Assembly (NCBI GenBank): GCA_030141605.1
Contig: JAQGDQ010000723.1
Coordinates: 1-64,000 of the forward strand
Direction: 5' to 3'
Source of the DNA: Tubiluchus corallicola
Taxonomy: Eukaryota > Animalia > Priapulida
DNA length: 64,000 bases
Below the pieces are notes generated by a model that was not told the DNA's origin, ran no database searches, and saw only the letters and a list, made by a program, of their open reading frames with translations. A program made the translations under genes and the position numbers. Shown here piece by piece: positions 32,996 through 46,510 of the stretch; position 1 is the stretch's first letter, and each line of letters begins with the position of its first letter.

Positions 32996-33284
32996 CAGGG
33001 CCGTCTTAACAGCATCATAGACCCCCGGCAAAACAGTGCACTTGGGTGGCCTTAATACAACCATTCGCAGGTCTGAAAATGTAAATGTAAATAAATTAAA
33101 CATGTATGTATTGTGTTGATACTTCCAACAAAATCAGAATTTAAACATTAAAAAAACATTCTGTACGGCAAAGATTAATCAACACAAATGTATGAACAAT
33201 ATAACAAGAGCCTTGAAAAACACATAGATTAGCATATGAGGCCCCGGCAACTACCCATTGTGCCCGTGCGTTAAGACGGCCCTG
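32996..33284. mobile_element. hAT-like MITE
   Basis: Perfect 15-bp TIR cagggccgtcttaac / gttaagacggccctg; 8-bp TSD aatattta/aatatgta. Confidence 0.85.
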
Positions 33285-36200
33285 AATATGTACATCGTAT
33301 TTCTACTATTAGACTTCTATTTAAACGATTATCGTAGAATTTACTTGTAAAGTAATATGAAGTGAAGTATGCATGGTTTTTGATCAACACTTGGTTTTTA
33401 ATCATATCACTATATTTTTTTACTTTAAAACCTGATTGCTCTTTTCTTTAACATTTGTAAAAACGTTTTTCAAGGTTTCACAAATATTTTATAAATAGTG
33501 ATATTCTGCAGAAAATTTTTGTCATAATTTTTCAATGAATGTACTCAGTATGGTCCTACGCAATTAAACACAAGTCATATACATATTTTAATGTTATTCC
33601 GTGAAGTGCATTACTCTGAAATAACTTATTGTCACTCACCATTTATGTTCTGATTATCGTTTACCTAATTTGTTTTCTTGGATAAGTTATTTAGTTGACT
33701 ACTTCATGCAGTTATTGACATAGACTCAAAATCAGCATTTTTTGGCACTCTGCCAAGAATCCAGTGTCTTTTTGGCACAGTGCCAACAACTACATTTCAA
33801 TGGCCAGCACAAAGACAGTCACAGGACAAAGAACACTATGTTCCTCAATGTCACGTTTTAGGTTACATTTTTATTCACTTAACCAGATGTTTATTGCTTA
33901 ATTCTTTTCAGCATATTTTTGGTATATTGCCTGGATAAACACTATTTCATTGACCAATGATCGTTTTCGGTGTAACCAGGCTGAACTGTAGTTTGTCTGT
34001 TGAGACCCGATGCTGTCCTGATTAACAGAAAATTTTTGAAATTCATGTAAAAACGTGTTAACTTTAAAATCACTGTTACTATGAAAGAAGCGGTTGTTTA
34101 AAACTGATGGTTTTCAAAAAAAAGCGTGGCATGTCTATGCTTTCAAGATAAATAAACGCTGATAATAAATGTAAGAAATTGTCCAAGTCGGAATACGTAT
34201 CTCTATGGAGCTATAATCTGGCTTCTATAGGAACTAGCTTCCTAGTCAAGCTCGCTGGCAAGATTCAATGGCCTGTATTGTTCACCATTCTCACCTTGAA
34301 TGATGCACCACGTTGCTATGGCGACATTTATTTATAACACGTTTTGTGTGTACAAATGGATTAATGCTGTTGCTCTTTGTTTCTTAGTGTTTGTTTTTTC
34401 TGCTTTCAGAAATAGTGTCGTAAAGGCGAGAAATTGAGGCTAAAATCTCGAATGTGCTTGTTTTTATTGTTAGTTGAAAAAGTTACCTGTATGCTGTGTT
34501 GTTACATTAATGAGTTTTTTCCCCCAATCAAGTATTTTTTAACTTACATGTAAAATGAACCTGTGCTGCTTTTTTACATATTCATTGTGTAAAGCTATAT
34601 TCATTTTTTATGCTTTTTCTTCATTATGAACGTGATGTTGCTATTGTGTAATTTGTAATGATTATTGTAATGGGACAATTAATAAAGCAAATTGTGTAGT
34701 AAATTTCAGTGTCATTCATATTTTTTGAAAAAGCATTCGAATGTTAATTTTTAGTTCTGATAATCATAAATGTTTAGCGTTTATTTTGTCTGATATTGCT
34801 TACAATAATTATGTCACAAAATCTAAACTGTGTCAACTCTAGTTGCTTTAAGTAATTAATTAATAATCTCAAGTTAATAGTGATACGGTAAAAGAAAAAT
34901 TACAAAATTATTAATATTTGTACTCGCATGAGACGACGCGGGTCAATTAACGATGTTCCGGTAACAGCAAAACAAAACTGATGAATTTGCAGAAGTTGAC
35001 TTCACTGGCGTCTATATAGAGCTTGGTTTTTTTGCCCACAGAGGGCAGCATGATGTAGTTCTTGACTTGAAGCAAAAATGCCTCTCGAACCTTACAAAGT
35101 AACATGTTGTGATAAATTAAATAATTGATTACTAAAGCTGAACGCAAGCCACGGCTGTGCATGAATATATATAAATATAATTTTACTTCTACACTCATTG
35201 TTTCTTGGTCGCTGAGCAAAATGAAGCCAAAACTAAATACAAGATTTGAGAAGTTCACTGTTCAGTGAATCTGCTTACGTGAAAAAGTATGAACAGCTTG
35301 AGTATGGTAGAAACATTTTTCAAGCCTTTTTGGCCAAAACGAAAGGTAAATGTGTAAAAGTCGGGCATATTACTGAGTAAGCATAACAGTGTGTAATACA
35401 CAACGTCATTTACTCTGACTGTTTTAACAGGTCTATGTTAATCCAGAAATGTTTTTTACAAAAGTAACAGCAGACAATCGAAGCTTTAAACTTTTACTTT
35501 GTATGCTGCTTTACCTAACCTAGGTGTTGCTTTAATTTTGGCTCAGCAGCACAACTACTTGTGGCGCTCGGGGGTGAAAAACTTCTGGCGCCCTACCCAT
35601 ATAGTGTTTTAATCATTTGTTTCATGAGTGAAGCCACCAGTTGTGCCCGTTGTTTGAATCCCTGAGCTGACTTTCTTTTTTCAACAAGATGGGATAAGGA
35701 TAAACGATTTTTTCCAAGAATCACCTTGAGTTTGATTTGCGGTACTGTCTTGTCTATGCATTAGTTGCCCGTAGTACGACAGTCCTTAAACAGTCACCTC
35801 CGGTATTAAAACATGCAAAGATTGTGAAAGATACTCTACTCTACAGGTTTTCACGATAATACAGTTGGTATTAAATTTAGAGAAACACCACTGCTTCTCC
35901 CAGAATTATCAATCTGCTAAGCCACATGACACAATTTACACGCTGTTAACTAACAACATTAATTATCATTTTTTCTACCTTGTGTGGAGTAATCAACTCA
36001 GCTACGATGATCTCTGACTTCGATTACTAATGTAGGATTAGTAATTAGTAATTGACAGTCATTAAATTGCAGAAGAATTTTGCGCCCTCTCACCCTTGCG
36101 CCCTGGAACGATTCCCCGTTGACTATAGTATCTAGAAGTATTCGGAATAACAATTGGCATAACATTTTTATGGCTGTAATTGCTGCGATAGTTGGAACTT

Positions 36201-36670
36201 TGAAGTAATTAACTAAAGATTTTATATAGCTATTATGCGAAAATAAATTAATTACCAATAAAGGCCAACTTCGTTTCAGAAGTTCCATGGCTTCTCCTGT
36301 CTCATCCGTGAATCAATAATTTCTTGCCTTTCAGTATTATAATTTTCCTGATTTCAATAATGCTTGGCGTAATCTGGAGCGCCTCTCACTAAAATAACAT
36401 CCCGTGGCAACGTTTTGTTTTGATTAGGACATGATTAAAGCGTTATTAACATCGTCTCAGTGATGTAGATCACTTATGTTCCTCCAGGCTATGACGTCAC
36501 GTGCAGACACGTCGTTGTGTTTGCTGGGAAAGTAGATAAGTCTTCATAAATCTGTAATTAGTATACCATACGAGTCTTTAGGCATACGTTATGTGGCACC
36601 AATTGAATCTTACATTATAATGCATTGCGGTTGATCAGTTTTTACACAAATCTTAGTGCTCACTCGAGGT

Positions 36671-36822
36671 CATCATCATCATCATACGCCCGTCACGTCT
36701 ATTGTAGACATTGGGCAGGCAGAATTCTAAAATAAAAGAGCAGGTAAACGCAGCAGTAATCCAGCAGAAAAACTAGACACTGCTATGCCAGTGGCTTGTC
36801 AGCACCACTTCCGTTAAAAGGT
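36671..36822 (-). mobile_element. Short retroposon (SINE or 5'-truncated LINE) with a (TGA)n tail
   Basis: 11-bp TSD tcactcgaggt at 36660-36670 and 36823-36833; (cat)n immediately inside the left TSD. Confidence 0.75.
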
Positions 36823-37006
36823 TCACTCGAGGTAAGATTCCACAATACATATCATATCAGGGGTCCAGAAAAATAGGATTTTGTGGTTAATTTGTTCGTA
36901 ACAGGCAATGTTTTAACTGCGGCTCCAGCTTGATCCTGATATTATAATTATGCAGTAATTCACAGGAAATCTTTATTGGCGCTTTAAGGTCAAGGACCAA
37001 AAACGA

Positions 37007-37010
<4 letters not shown>

Positions 37011-37090
<80 letters not shown>
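37011..37090. repeat. (AG)40 microsatellite
   Basis: Directly visible. Confidence 0.98.
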
Positions 37091-37091
<1 letters not shown>

Positions 37092-39484
37092 ATTGAGGGA
37101 AACACGCATGCCATCCATAATTGTGCAGCCTAAGCGAATATTTTTCTACGCCTGAGCAACCGGTATTTTAAAAATGCCATATCTTTGTCTGGAGGGCTCG
37201 AAATATGTGAACAAATGACAAAATCATCTCGCAGATATTTGGTTTAGTGTCCATTAATCGATAATTATCCGTTACTTTGCCATCTTAAATGTGCAAAAAT
37301 CAATCATTTTGCTAAAATATTTGTTCTTAGCGCATTTATTACGGTTCAAATCAATACAGTGTAATTGTAAACTCGAAATAATATTCACCCCCCCCCCAGT
37401 CGCGCTCATCTTTATATTCACTCATCCGAGAATGAAACTTCTTCTGTTTAATGTAACACAGTCATATTACTTTTAATGTTACCGTAATCTTCTACTTAAA
37501 TTATTATCATCGCTCTCTTTTAATTTGCACTGTTTTTGTAGTAGTCCTATATTATATTGTCGCTCACTAATGTACAGTACTCTGAACATTACGAAATAAA
37601 AAAATAGTTCGCAAAGATCTCACCAGCACTGATGCGCCGCCTTTTGAAAAGTTGCTGAAACAGCTGATTAATGCAGCACATTTATACTTGGTAATATCCA
37701 TTTAAGTATCTGTCAGTATAACTATACAATAAGGGCCTATGAGCAGCTTCTAAAAAAGTGTGTACTACATAGTCACTTTAGGTGACCAATAGGTCACCGT
37801 AGGTTATACTGTCGTCAGTTACCATAACAATAATGTAAATAATATGACAATTAAGTGTAGTACTAAAACCACCAAGTTGTAGTGCAGCCTACAAAGCAAA
37901 GAGTTAAAAATCTTTTGGTCACAAATAAAACCAAAAAAGCCGATAAACTCTGCTTGCAGCAATCACGTGGTTGTCACGTGCAGATGGTCATCATTAAATT
38001 ATTTGCCATCATAACTCTTTGTACTTGCGCGCCGGGTCTATAAGCCGAAATTGGAAAGTGGATGTCTATTATGTGATTCGGTGTACTTCAAGGACTTATC
38101 CTGGCACCGCTACTGTTTCCTACACTTCTCGCAAAACTATCATAGCTGATTGAGCTAGAGGGAGACTGAAATGCAGACGTCTTAGTGTCACGAGCACTCC
38201 TGGCTAGAAGATCAGTTTGTTATCGTTGAAAGATTGACAAGGTTTTAGTTTATTATTATGACAAGAGGCAAGTGACTGGTTTGAGCAGATCATATACACT
38301 TACAAACAATTAAGTTACAGGAAAAACAGGCAAAAGAGATTAGACCGCTGAGACGCTGTTAAGCAACTTGTTTAATCTAAAAATTAAAAGATGGAAAAAT
38401 TATATCAACGCTCTATACGCACAAGAATCATCTCGTATTTAATTATTGACTTGGTATGCTATGCGCTAAACAGTGTAAAATTTAGTAAATTACGAATAAT
38501 TGTTTCCTCAGCAACAACAACACCTAGTGGCACACAGCTGGGTTAATTTTAGGTAAAAATGTTGTTAAGTTTATTAGTTTAAATGATGGTTTTCCCTCCT
38601 CAAAGCAATTTACCTTTTGTTGGTCTTCTTAGTGTTTTCTGGTTAATACATCAAATAAATTTTTGTAAAGTCCTATAACACACCACAAACAGTTTCTTTG
38701 TCCTTTGTGTGATTTTACCAACTATGAAAAACGGCTTACCTAAGTTTTCATGCATAATTATAAATAATTTTCTTTATTCCTACTACACTAGTAAATGGTA
38801 CTTTGTCCTTTTCCTTGTTGTGTTGTTGTGACTTGTACCTTTTGTGTTCCTTCTTCTCAGTCTCCTAGAATTTTATTTACTGCGGTTTTGTGATTATTTA
38901 ATCCAATTCATTTCAAATTTTTATTCCAATAACTAAGATCATGTGAAATACAAATACTGAAAAAAAGTAAGATAAAGTAAGGTTACACAAGAGCTGAATA
39001 TTCCAATAATAATTCCTCGAGTTTTAAATGTAGGGTACCATGCTTCAACTTGGCGCTCATCATATAGGTGGTCCGATTAAAGAAACAGTTGATGCTGGCG
39101 GCTTCAAAGCAGCTGCCCCGTGGACAAGCATAAAACATCTGTTTATTATACAAGCTTGCCACAAACCGCCTAATGACAAATTAAGCGCCGTGTTTTCATA
39201 TAGTGGCCATATTGTTGGAATCCAGACTTCTTATTGATAGGGCGCTTAGGCTAAGAGCTCTAGCGCTATTGTCGGTTGATGATGCAAGGAGCAGGAGCAG
39301 TAATCCTGTGCAGGTGGAGCGATTGTTAGGCTTTTAGCAGCCAAAAAGGCACACTTCCCTGCGTCAAAGGATAGCAAACAGAGTAGGAACTAATTCTCGA
39401 TCATCCACGATTAGCACTTGCCTAGATGAGGGGTCTTACTTACACGGTCACTTAGGAGCCCCGGACTCGACTGCTAACGAACAT

Positions 39485-39876
39485 TAGGAGTGAGCATCGA
39501 ACGTGCGAGTTCGATTCGAACATATTTTTCCAGTTCGAATTCGATTCGAACCAAAAATTATAGATTCGAATAATTCAGCACTTCAACCACGTACGTTCTT
39601 TATCATTAAAACGTTTGAAACATCATACCATCAGCACAATTCAGCTGGGATTTCTGTGCACAATTTTTAAACAAATTATCAGTGGTTTTACTGCAGAGCA
39701 AAATCGAGCAATATGAATGATCTTTGTAAAATCACTTTTTATTTGAGGTTCGAAAACTTGTTCGAAAATCTTTCAAACTCAATTAGAATTCAAAATACAG
39801 AAATTCGGTTCGCTTCGAAATCGAAAGTCACAAATTAGATTCGAATTCGCTCTGTAGTACAGAATGGTCACCCCTA
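39485..39876. mobile_element. TTCGAA-rich hAT-like MITE, copy 2
   Basis: taggagtgagcat / atggtcaccccta ends; perfect 8-bp TSD acgaacat. Confidence 0.85.
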
Positions 39877-39965
39877 ACGAACATGAGAGAAGAGAACCAC
39901 TTTGCAGATTTTGAAATGCTCAACTGCAGTCACCGAAAGCGACATGTTAAAATGACAGAGTTTTA

Positions 39966-40166
39966 TAAGGTGTTCCAAAAGAACATTCACTAATAAATGC
40001 TCCAATCGTAGCAATTAGTAGCACACTATATGAGTTGTGTGGTTGTATCAAAGTAATAAACTTCCAGGTCCAGCGGTTATTGTGGTATAATCTCTTGCTA
40101 AGTTACATAACACCCAACCGAATTTTCTGTGATTTGATCAGCATATGTCTCTTTTGGAACACCCTG
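39966..40166. mobile_element. Tc1/mariner-like MITE
   Basis: ggtgttccaaaaga / tcttttggaacaccctg with TA flanks. Confidence 0.65.
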
Positions 40167-40914
40167 TATAGCCTGAATTCAAAGATAAAATGATTGTTAT
40201 AATAATCTTAGTCATAATCTTCAGTGCGAAATAAATTCATACATATATATAATGAGTACATGTTTGACTGCTTACTTGGATAACTAGATAAACATTCATT
40301 TACTTACAATATTATGCATACTATGCTTGGTATTGTTAGTACTAATATATATTGGCAAAGTCATTGTATTGCACATTTTTTACACGCGCCCAGCCGCACG
40401 GATTACAGTTTTGCCAGGGACGCGAAAAAGATTATCTTTCCTATATTGCTGTGCTTTGAAATTTAGACAAATTAGATTTAATAATAGTAAACATGTTTAT
40501 TTCTTGATTGACCATATTAGTTTTCTAAACATATAGTATACTAACTTTAATTTCACACAACATTTTAGCAATAAAAACGGCAATACAGTAGCAAGAAATT
40601 TAATGATCCATCGCGCATGCGCAAAACCAGACAGTGGCATTACGCACCTCTTTCAGGTAGGCTAATATTTTATCAGGTGGCCTGTAGAGCTACTTAAAGG
40701 ATCGTTCACTCAAGATGCTTTGTTTGCCAATTTGTAATTATCTTAACACTGATCGGGTTACGACATTTCTCTCAGGAACAAACGCTAAACTAAGATGAGT
40801 CAAGTAAAGAAGATTTAGCTTTGAAAGTGAGAAACTAGCCGTTACCGTTACAGAATGGACTCAACAATAATGTTGCCGTTGTTATTGACGTTCACGCTGA
40901 TGACATTAACAATG

Positions 40915-40974
40915 ATGATAATTATGACGACGACGACGATGATGATGATAATGACGGTGATGGTGATGATGAAT

Positions 40975-41054
<80 letters not shown>

Positions 41055-41131
41055 TATGATGATGATAATGGTGATAATGATAATGATGATGACAATAACG
41101 ACGACGATGATAATGACAACGACGATGATGA
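40915..41131. repeat. (GAT)n microsatellite with degenerate edges
   Basis: Directly visible. Confidence 0.97.
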
Positions 41132-43474
41132 TAAAAAACAATTGAATGTTTGCCTACTTGGATGATTGGTTGTTTTGTTGATTCAACGACTGAATAATTG
41201 GCTAAATTGCTGACTGACTAGTAACTTTGAATAATCTTGGCAAGATTCTACAAGCGCACATTTTTAAACTGCCTCCCCCACCCCAGAAAACAGAAAGTAA
41301 GATATCTGACATTCTGGTCAAAAATGGAAAGATCTGCATGAAAACTGTAAACTTCAATTGCTGCCATTAATGAAAATAACAATAACAATTAAGGAACGAG
41401 GAAAATGTTTCAACTGTTATATATAAAATTGTGACTCTAAGATCATATAAAAGATCACACTACTACAGCTTACTAATTTTGGACACTATTTTAATATTAT
41501 TAACACATAAAAGTGACACACTTAAAAAGGATACAAACACGTAGAAAAACACATAAGTTTACGATTAATGGATAATAAAAACAATGTGAAAAATAAGGTG
41601 TTTGTATAATGATCATTTCCACTATTTCAGGCCACCATTGTGGGCTATCTTAACGCGAAAAAGAAGAAGCCACAAAAGTAAACATTACTTTCTAGATTTT
41701 GTAATTATGTAAACTTCGATAACCATAGAAGTATACCTTACCTAGAAGACGTTAACAAGCCAGCTACAAATTTCGCACAGGGTCTACAATAAATAAAAAC
41801 TAAAAAGCAAAAAGCACAAAAAACACAGTTACAATTGCACTGAAGTAGGAACACAAAAATCTATGTGTTAAGCATTATTATAAAATCCAAAAAATAATTA
41901 TTCAGTGCATTTTATTATTGCAATTAAGAGTTATATCGTGTAGGATATCTCTCACTATTATTGTTTATTTACTATTGTACTCATCAAAGTAACTATTTCG
42001 TTTATATATATATATATATATATATCATATATCATTTTTATTCGTACTTGTGGTACAATCACATCAAATAAACAAACCGATCAACAAGCAAAATAACATC
42101 AATTAACAAGATTAGCAAGCAATGTGAATATATGCAATTAAGCAAGAGTAAGATATGTTAATATGGCGTACAACTCATTCATGTCAAAAAATCGAAACAA
42201 TCACGTTCTAGAGCCCATATAACTTCTATAATGAAATTTACAGTCCGTATTTGTTCATCGCTGACATTACCTCTTACATCTAATGTACAGGAAAGAACTG
42301 TAGAAAGAAAATTTTCATTTGTGTAAAAAGTTTTGTACTCGTTCCAAATGGATAACAAATTATAACCCATTATAGAAGAGGCAGGAAATCGTGAATTATG
42401 TGCAAAGAAATTCGCTATATGATTTTCACTATGATAAAATTTAACAAATCGTTTTTGCATTGTTTAAGCTTTAAAGCTTTATCACTAAATTAGCATAAAG
42501 AAAGTCGCACAGGAGGCCCCTTATGCTTACATTACCTAACTATGAAGATTTACTGACTTTAAGGACACCTAAAACTTAGAAACTAAAATAGGTTTCAAAA
42601 TAAACTAACAGAATACTACTTAAAAGCTTTAAAGCCTACTTTATTATAAAGTTCATTAAGTGAGAGGCTGACGTTATAATTACGCAATACAGTAATTAGT
42701 AATTATTACAGTTAAAATTAGAAGCTTATATTGAACAGGTTAATTGCTAGTTAGGGGGTTAAACAACTACGGGGTCTGTTAATAAGCCGACTGACGAATC
42801 GTTTATGCTGCAAGCACAGCTAACAAATCTAACCTACAAGATCCGATTTCAATAATTCCTGTATCCATTCATCTGGAAGCTTTGCAATTAACATCACAAT
42901 GCGGCTAATTAACAGATAATTCCTGCAAATCTTTTCTTACTTAATTAATGTCCGCCGTGTGAGGTCGCTTTAAGCTGATCAGACCTCTGTCTTGCTGTAC
43001 ACATTTTTCACACCAATTTCCGAGGCTCAATCAACACTTAAAGGGTTAAGACAGAGCGCGGTGCGTCTTCGTTCTGAGTTGTTAACGCCCCATCAAGAGC
43101 TGGAGTTCATTGAAAGAGATCCAGGATGTGTGAAAACTAACGGCTTCAGTTTTAAGTAAACAGAGAAAAACGATTTACCGACAATGGCAAACCAGGTTAC
43201 AGTTAATTAGCTACTCGTAACTCATTAGCGTATAATTTCTGTTCGTCACAACTAACTTCGTGGGAATTTCACTATAACGCACTTTTTATTAAAATACCAA
43301 AAAAATTCAAGTCAGAATATTCCATGCGGCTCTATGACCGTAGTTTTGATCCTATTTAATTGCTGGTACTATTTGCTGATGAGATAGAAGACGTAGGCTT
43401 GAGAAACATTAATTAATATGTGTTATTGAGAAAATATATATGAAAAACGTTAACCAAGCGAACGTATAACTATA

Positions 43475-44118
43475 TACACTAGATTTAAAATTAATGCGCA
43501 CAAATTGGATATTGAGAGGGGGAGGGCCATCATAAACCAAAAATACCTGCTCTCCGAAGAGTATGTAAAATATGTGAGATAAATCAAGGGGAAGATGAAA
43601 TGCATTTTTGTATGACATGTGACATGTCCTGCTTATCAAAATGAGAGAAATGTTGTAATTGAAAACATTTCCTCCTTTTGCACAAATGCCTGTAAGTGAA
43701 CAGTTTATGTTTATTAATGGCCTAAAATGATGCAGAGATGAGAACCCTAGTAATAAACTTTATTTACGACATCAGTAAGAAAAGGAAAGAGAAACAGGAT
43801 AGTAAATAATATTAATTTGAACTCGCAACCTACAAACTGTATTCTTACTTACTATTGTTGTTTTTTATGTGTTATCATTGTGCTTTTGTTAGTATTGTGC
43901 TTTTGTTATCATTGTGCTTTTGTTATCATTGTGCTTTTGTTAGTATTGTGCATTTGTTAGTATTGTGCATTTGTTAGTATTGTGCTTTTGTTATCATAGT
44001 GCATTTGTTAATATTGTACTTTTTTATATTATCGTCCCCAGTATGTTTCAGCCGCTCCATCATATGTACAGGGTCAATGCTTTTTTTCTCTTTATGTTGC
44101 ATCCTCAATAAACAAACA
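43475..44118 (+). mobile_element. Decayed LINE 3' end (RTE-X-like C-terminal CCHC region) with a 17-bp tandem repeat in its 3' UTR (about 43870-44020)
   Basis: Manual translation across small indels gives RFKINAHKLDIERGR..HKPKIPALRRVCKICEINQGEDEMHFCMTCPAY; ends caataaacaaaca. Confidence 0.7.
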
Positions 44119-44613
44119 GTATATGTGTTTAAACTGTCTGCAAGTCACAATATAAAGGGCTTATTATAGAGAAAACATGTGGCTAAACGTTTTGCAAGTG
44201 AAACAAAGAAGCCAAGACCAAACGAAAAAAGTAATATTTCCTTGAACTATTTGCAAGTCACCAACAGGAGGTCTAACGGGACGATTATTCTTACATTGTT
44301 AAACCTGTCTGCAATTCTGTGTTGAATTTTCTATTTAAGACACCTGCGTACGTAGATTAAAGATTTCTAATCCACATTGTTGAGGGAAGTGGATAATAAG
44401 AGCTCCTCGACTTGTAAAAGTTCATTTCATACTGAGCACATCTCTAGAGCGTCCAGAGTACCAAACTCCAAGGACCTGCCAAGAGTCCGCAGCTGACCAT
44501 GCCATCTTAACTCGGATCCAGGAAGGGATACTCCGTAAGTTGAAAATGAGGGCCATGTGTCTAATTTGTGTTTTTTAGGTAGAAAAACGCTAACTTTTGT
44601 CCCGTAAAAATAT

Positions 44614-45013
<400 letters not shown>

Positions 45014-45102
45014 TAAACTGATTTTTTCTCGTTGCTTTGTTACGGATACTATTCAGACATAATATAAATAGCTTTATTATTATATCTATTATATTATACA
45101 TG

Positions 45103-45313
45103 TATAGTTAAAAACAACACAACTTTATTAAAACATTTGCATTAAAAAGTTAAAAGTTAAAATCATGCCAAACGTTTCGACTAGCTGCTGCTGTCACCAT
45201 CAGTGATAAATTTACAAATATACTACCAGTATATATAGCTAGTCGAGACGTTTGCCATGATTTTAACTTTTTAATGTAAAAGTTTTAATAAAGTTGTGTT
45301 GTTTTTAACTATA
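45103..45313. mobile_element. Penelope-like pseudo-LTR remnant forming an inverted repeat
   Basis: About 80-bp arms at 45103-45186 and 45237-45313; the minus strand carries ctgatggt...gtcgaaacgtt (hammerhead-like core) followed by an AT-rich tail with aataaa. Confidence 0.65.
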
Positions 45314-45829
45314 AATGTTTTCTATGTCTCTGTAATAAAAATATACATGTAATTCTAAATACTATAGCATTATGTTCGCCGCAATGTTAGAGATAATTAT
45401 ACTAGTACATAACTTGCATAACAACATCACAGACTGTTAAAAATTACTAATTAAAAACAACTTTCACGATGAAAAGATTTTTTGATAGAACCTCAAATGC
45501 GGTACCTTATATTTTCTAAATTTTTAATATTAATGTAATGCAACTTATTTTATTCAAAATTATGGCAGTAAAGCCATTATTATAAGTTATTATAATGTCA
45601 GCATTCGTTATGGTCGGATTTTGCTTTAAAACATTTAGAAATACGATGCACATTTTTATGTGGACAATTGAATGGTTTGCAATGGCCTAGATCTGCCCCT
45701 AGGTCCTCTCAAAGTGCATTTTCAAGGAGGGATTCAGGTATCTCATTGAAGTGCTGCAAGTGAGCAAGCGCGCGAGCAAACACAGCCGGTGATTCGGTAA
45801 TGTTTGGGGAGGGAACGTAAGCCGCTGAT

Positions 45830-46125
45830 TCGAACACGCTGATTGGTCGATCAAAGTTTTGCAATCAAAAATCCGAGCTCGCGGCGAATGAGGCGATTAT
45901 TAAGCAGTTCTTGAAAGCTTACATTACTAATTATACTAGGATTAGCTAGTTTAGGGACTAAAGGTTCGAGTGGCGAGCAATTTCATTAACCAGTGAGAAT
46001 GGAGTTGGTCTGCAGTTAAACTTGCACGTTTACTGAAAAGTTTTAGTTTTTCCACGAAGGTTTAGCGCATCTACGGGACCTGTGACGTCACAAATAATAA
46101 TTGCACCATGTGCGTATAATAGTCG
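45830..46125 (+). promoter_or_regulatory. Candidate goosecoid proximal promoter
   Basis: Locally CpG-richer; reverse CCAAT (ctgattggt, ~45839), GGATTA at 45939, CRE TGACGTCA at 46083-46090, TATA-like tataat at ~46115. Confidence 0.4.
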
Positions 46126-46269
46126 ATACAAGTCCTCGGAAATTCTAACGCACGCACAGGCGTACACATTCTGTATAGAAAAAACTAGAAGGGAAAGATT
46201 TAGTTTGGTTGTGGACGAAGCAAAAGGGCTTTCCGGTGTCAAAACGCTATAATTTTGGAGATATACAAG

Positions 46270-46510
46270 ATGGCAGCCCCCGTTCCATCTACCTTTCTAC
46301 CTCCTCTGCAATATACGTACTTCCCTTCTGCTGAAAGTCTGAAACATTATTACTCGGCGATGACAAGTCCTTCTCTATTTACGATAGACAGCATCTTGGC
46401 TCCAAGACCTATTCTAGCTAGTCCGAGACAAAGTCCATACAGTTTTCCTTCTCCTTCAAGCGCTGCAACGATCAGTCCATTCTGTTCTTCACACCACAGC
46501 AGTCTTTTCG
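46270..46510 (+). CDS. gsc: goosecoid exon 1 (eh1)
   Basis: aagATGg start; [15 protein letters not shown]; g|gtaagt donor, phase 1. Confidence 0.9.

Noticed and set aside
39186-39212. Short minus-strand resemblance to the 5S 5' end (tatggccactatatgaaaacacgg)
   Set aside because: Similarity does not extend to the internal promoter boxes; probably chance.
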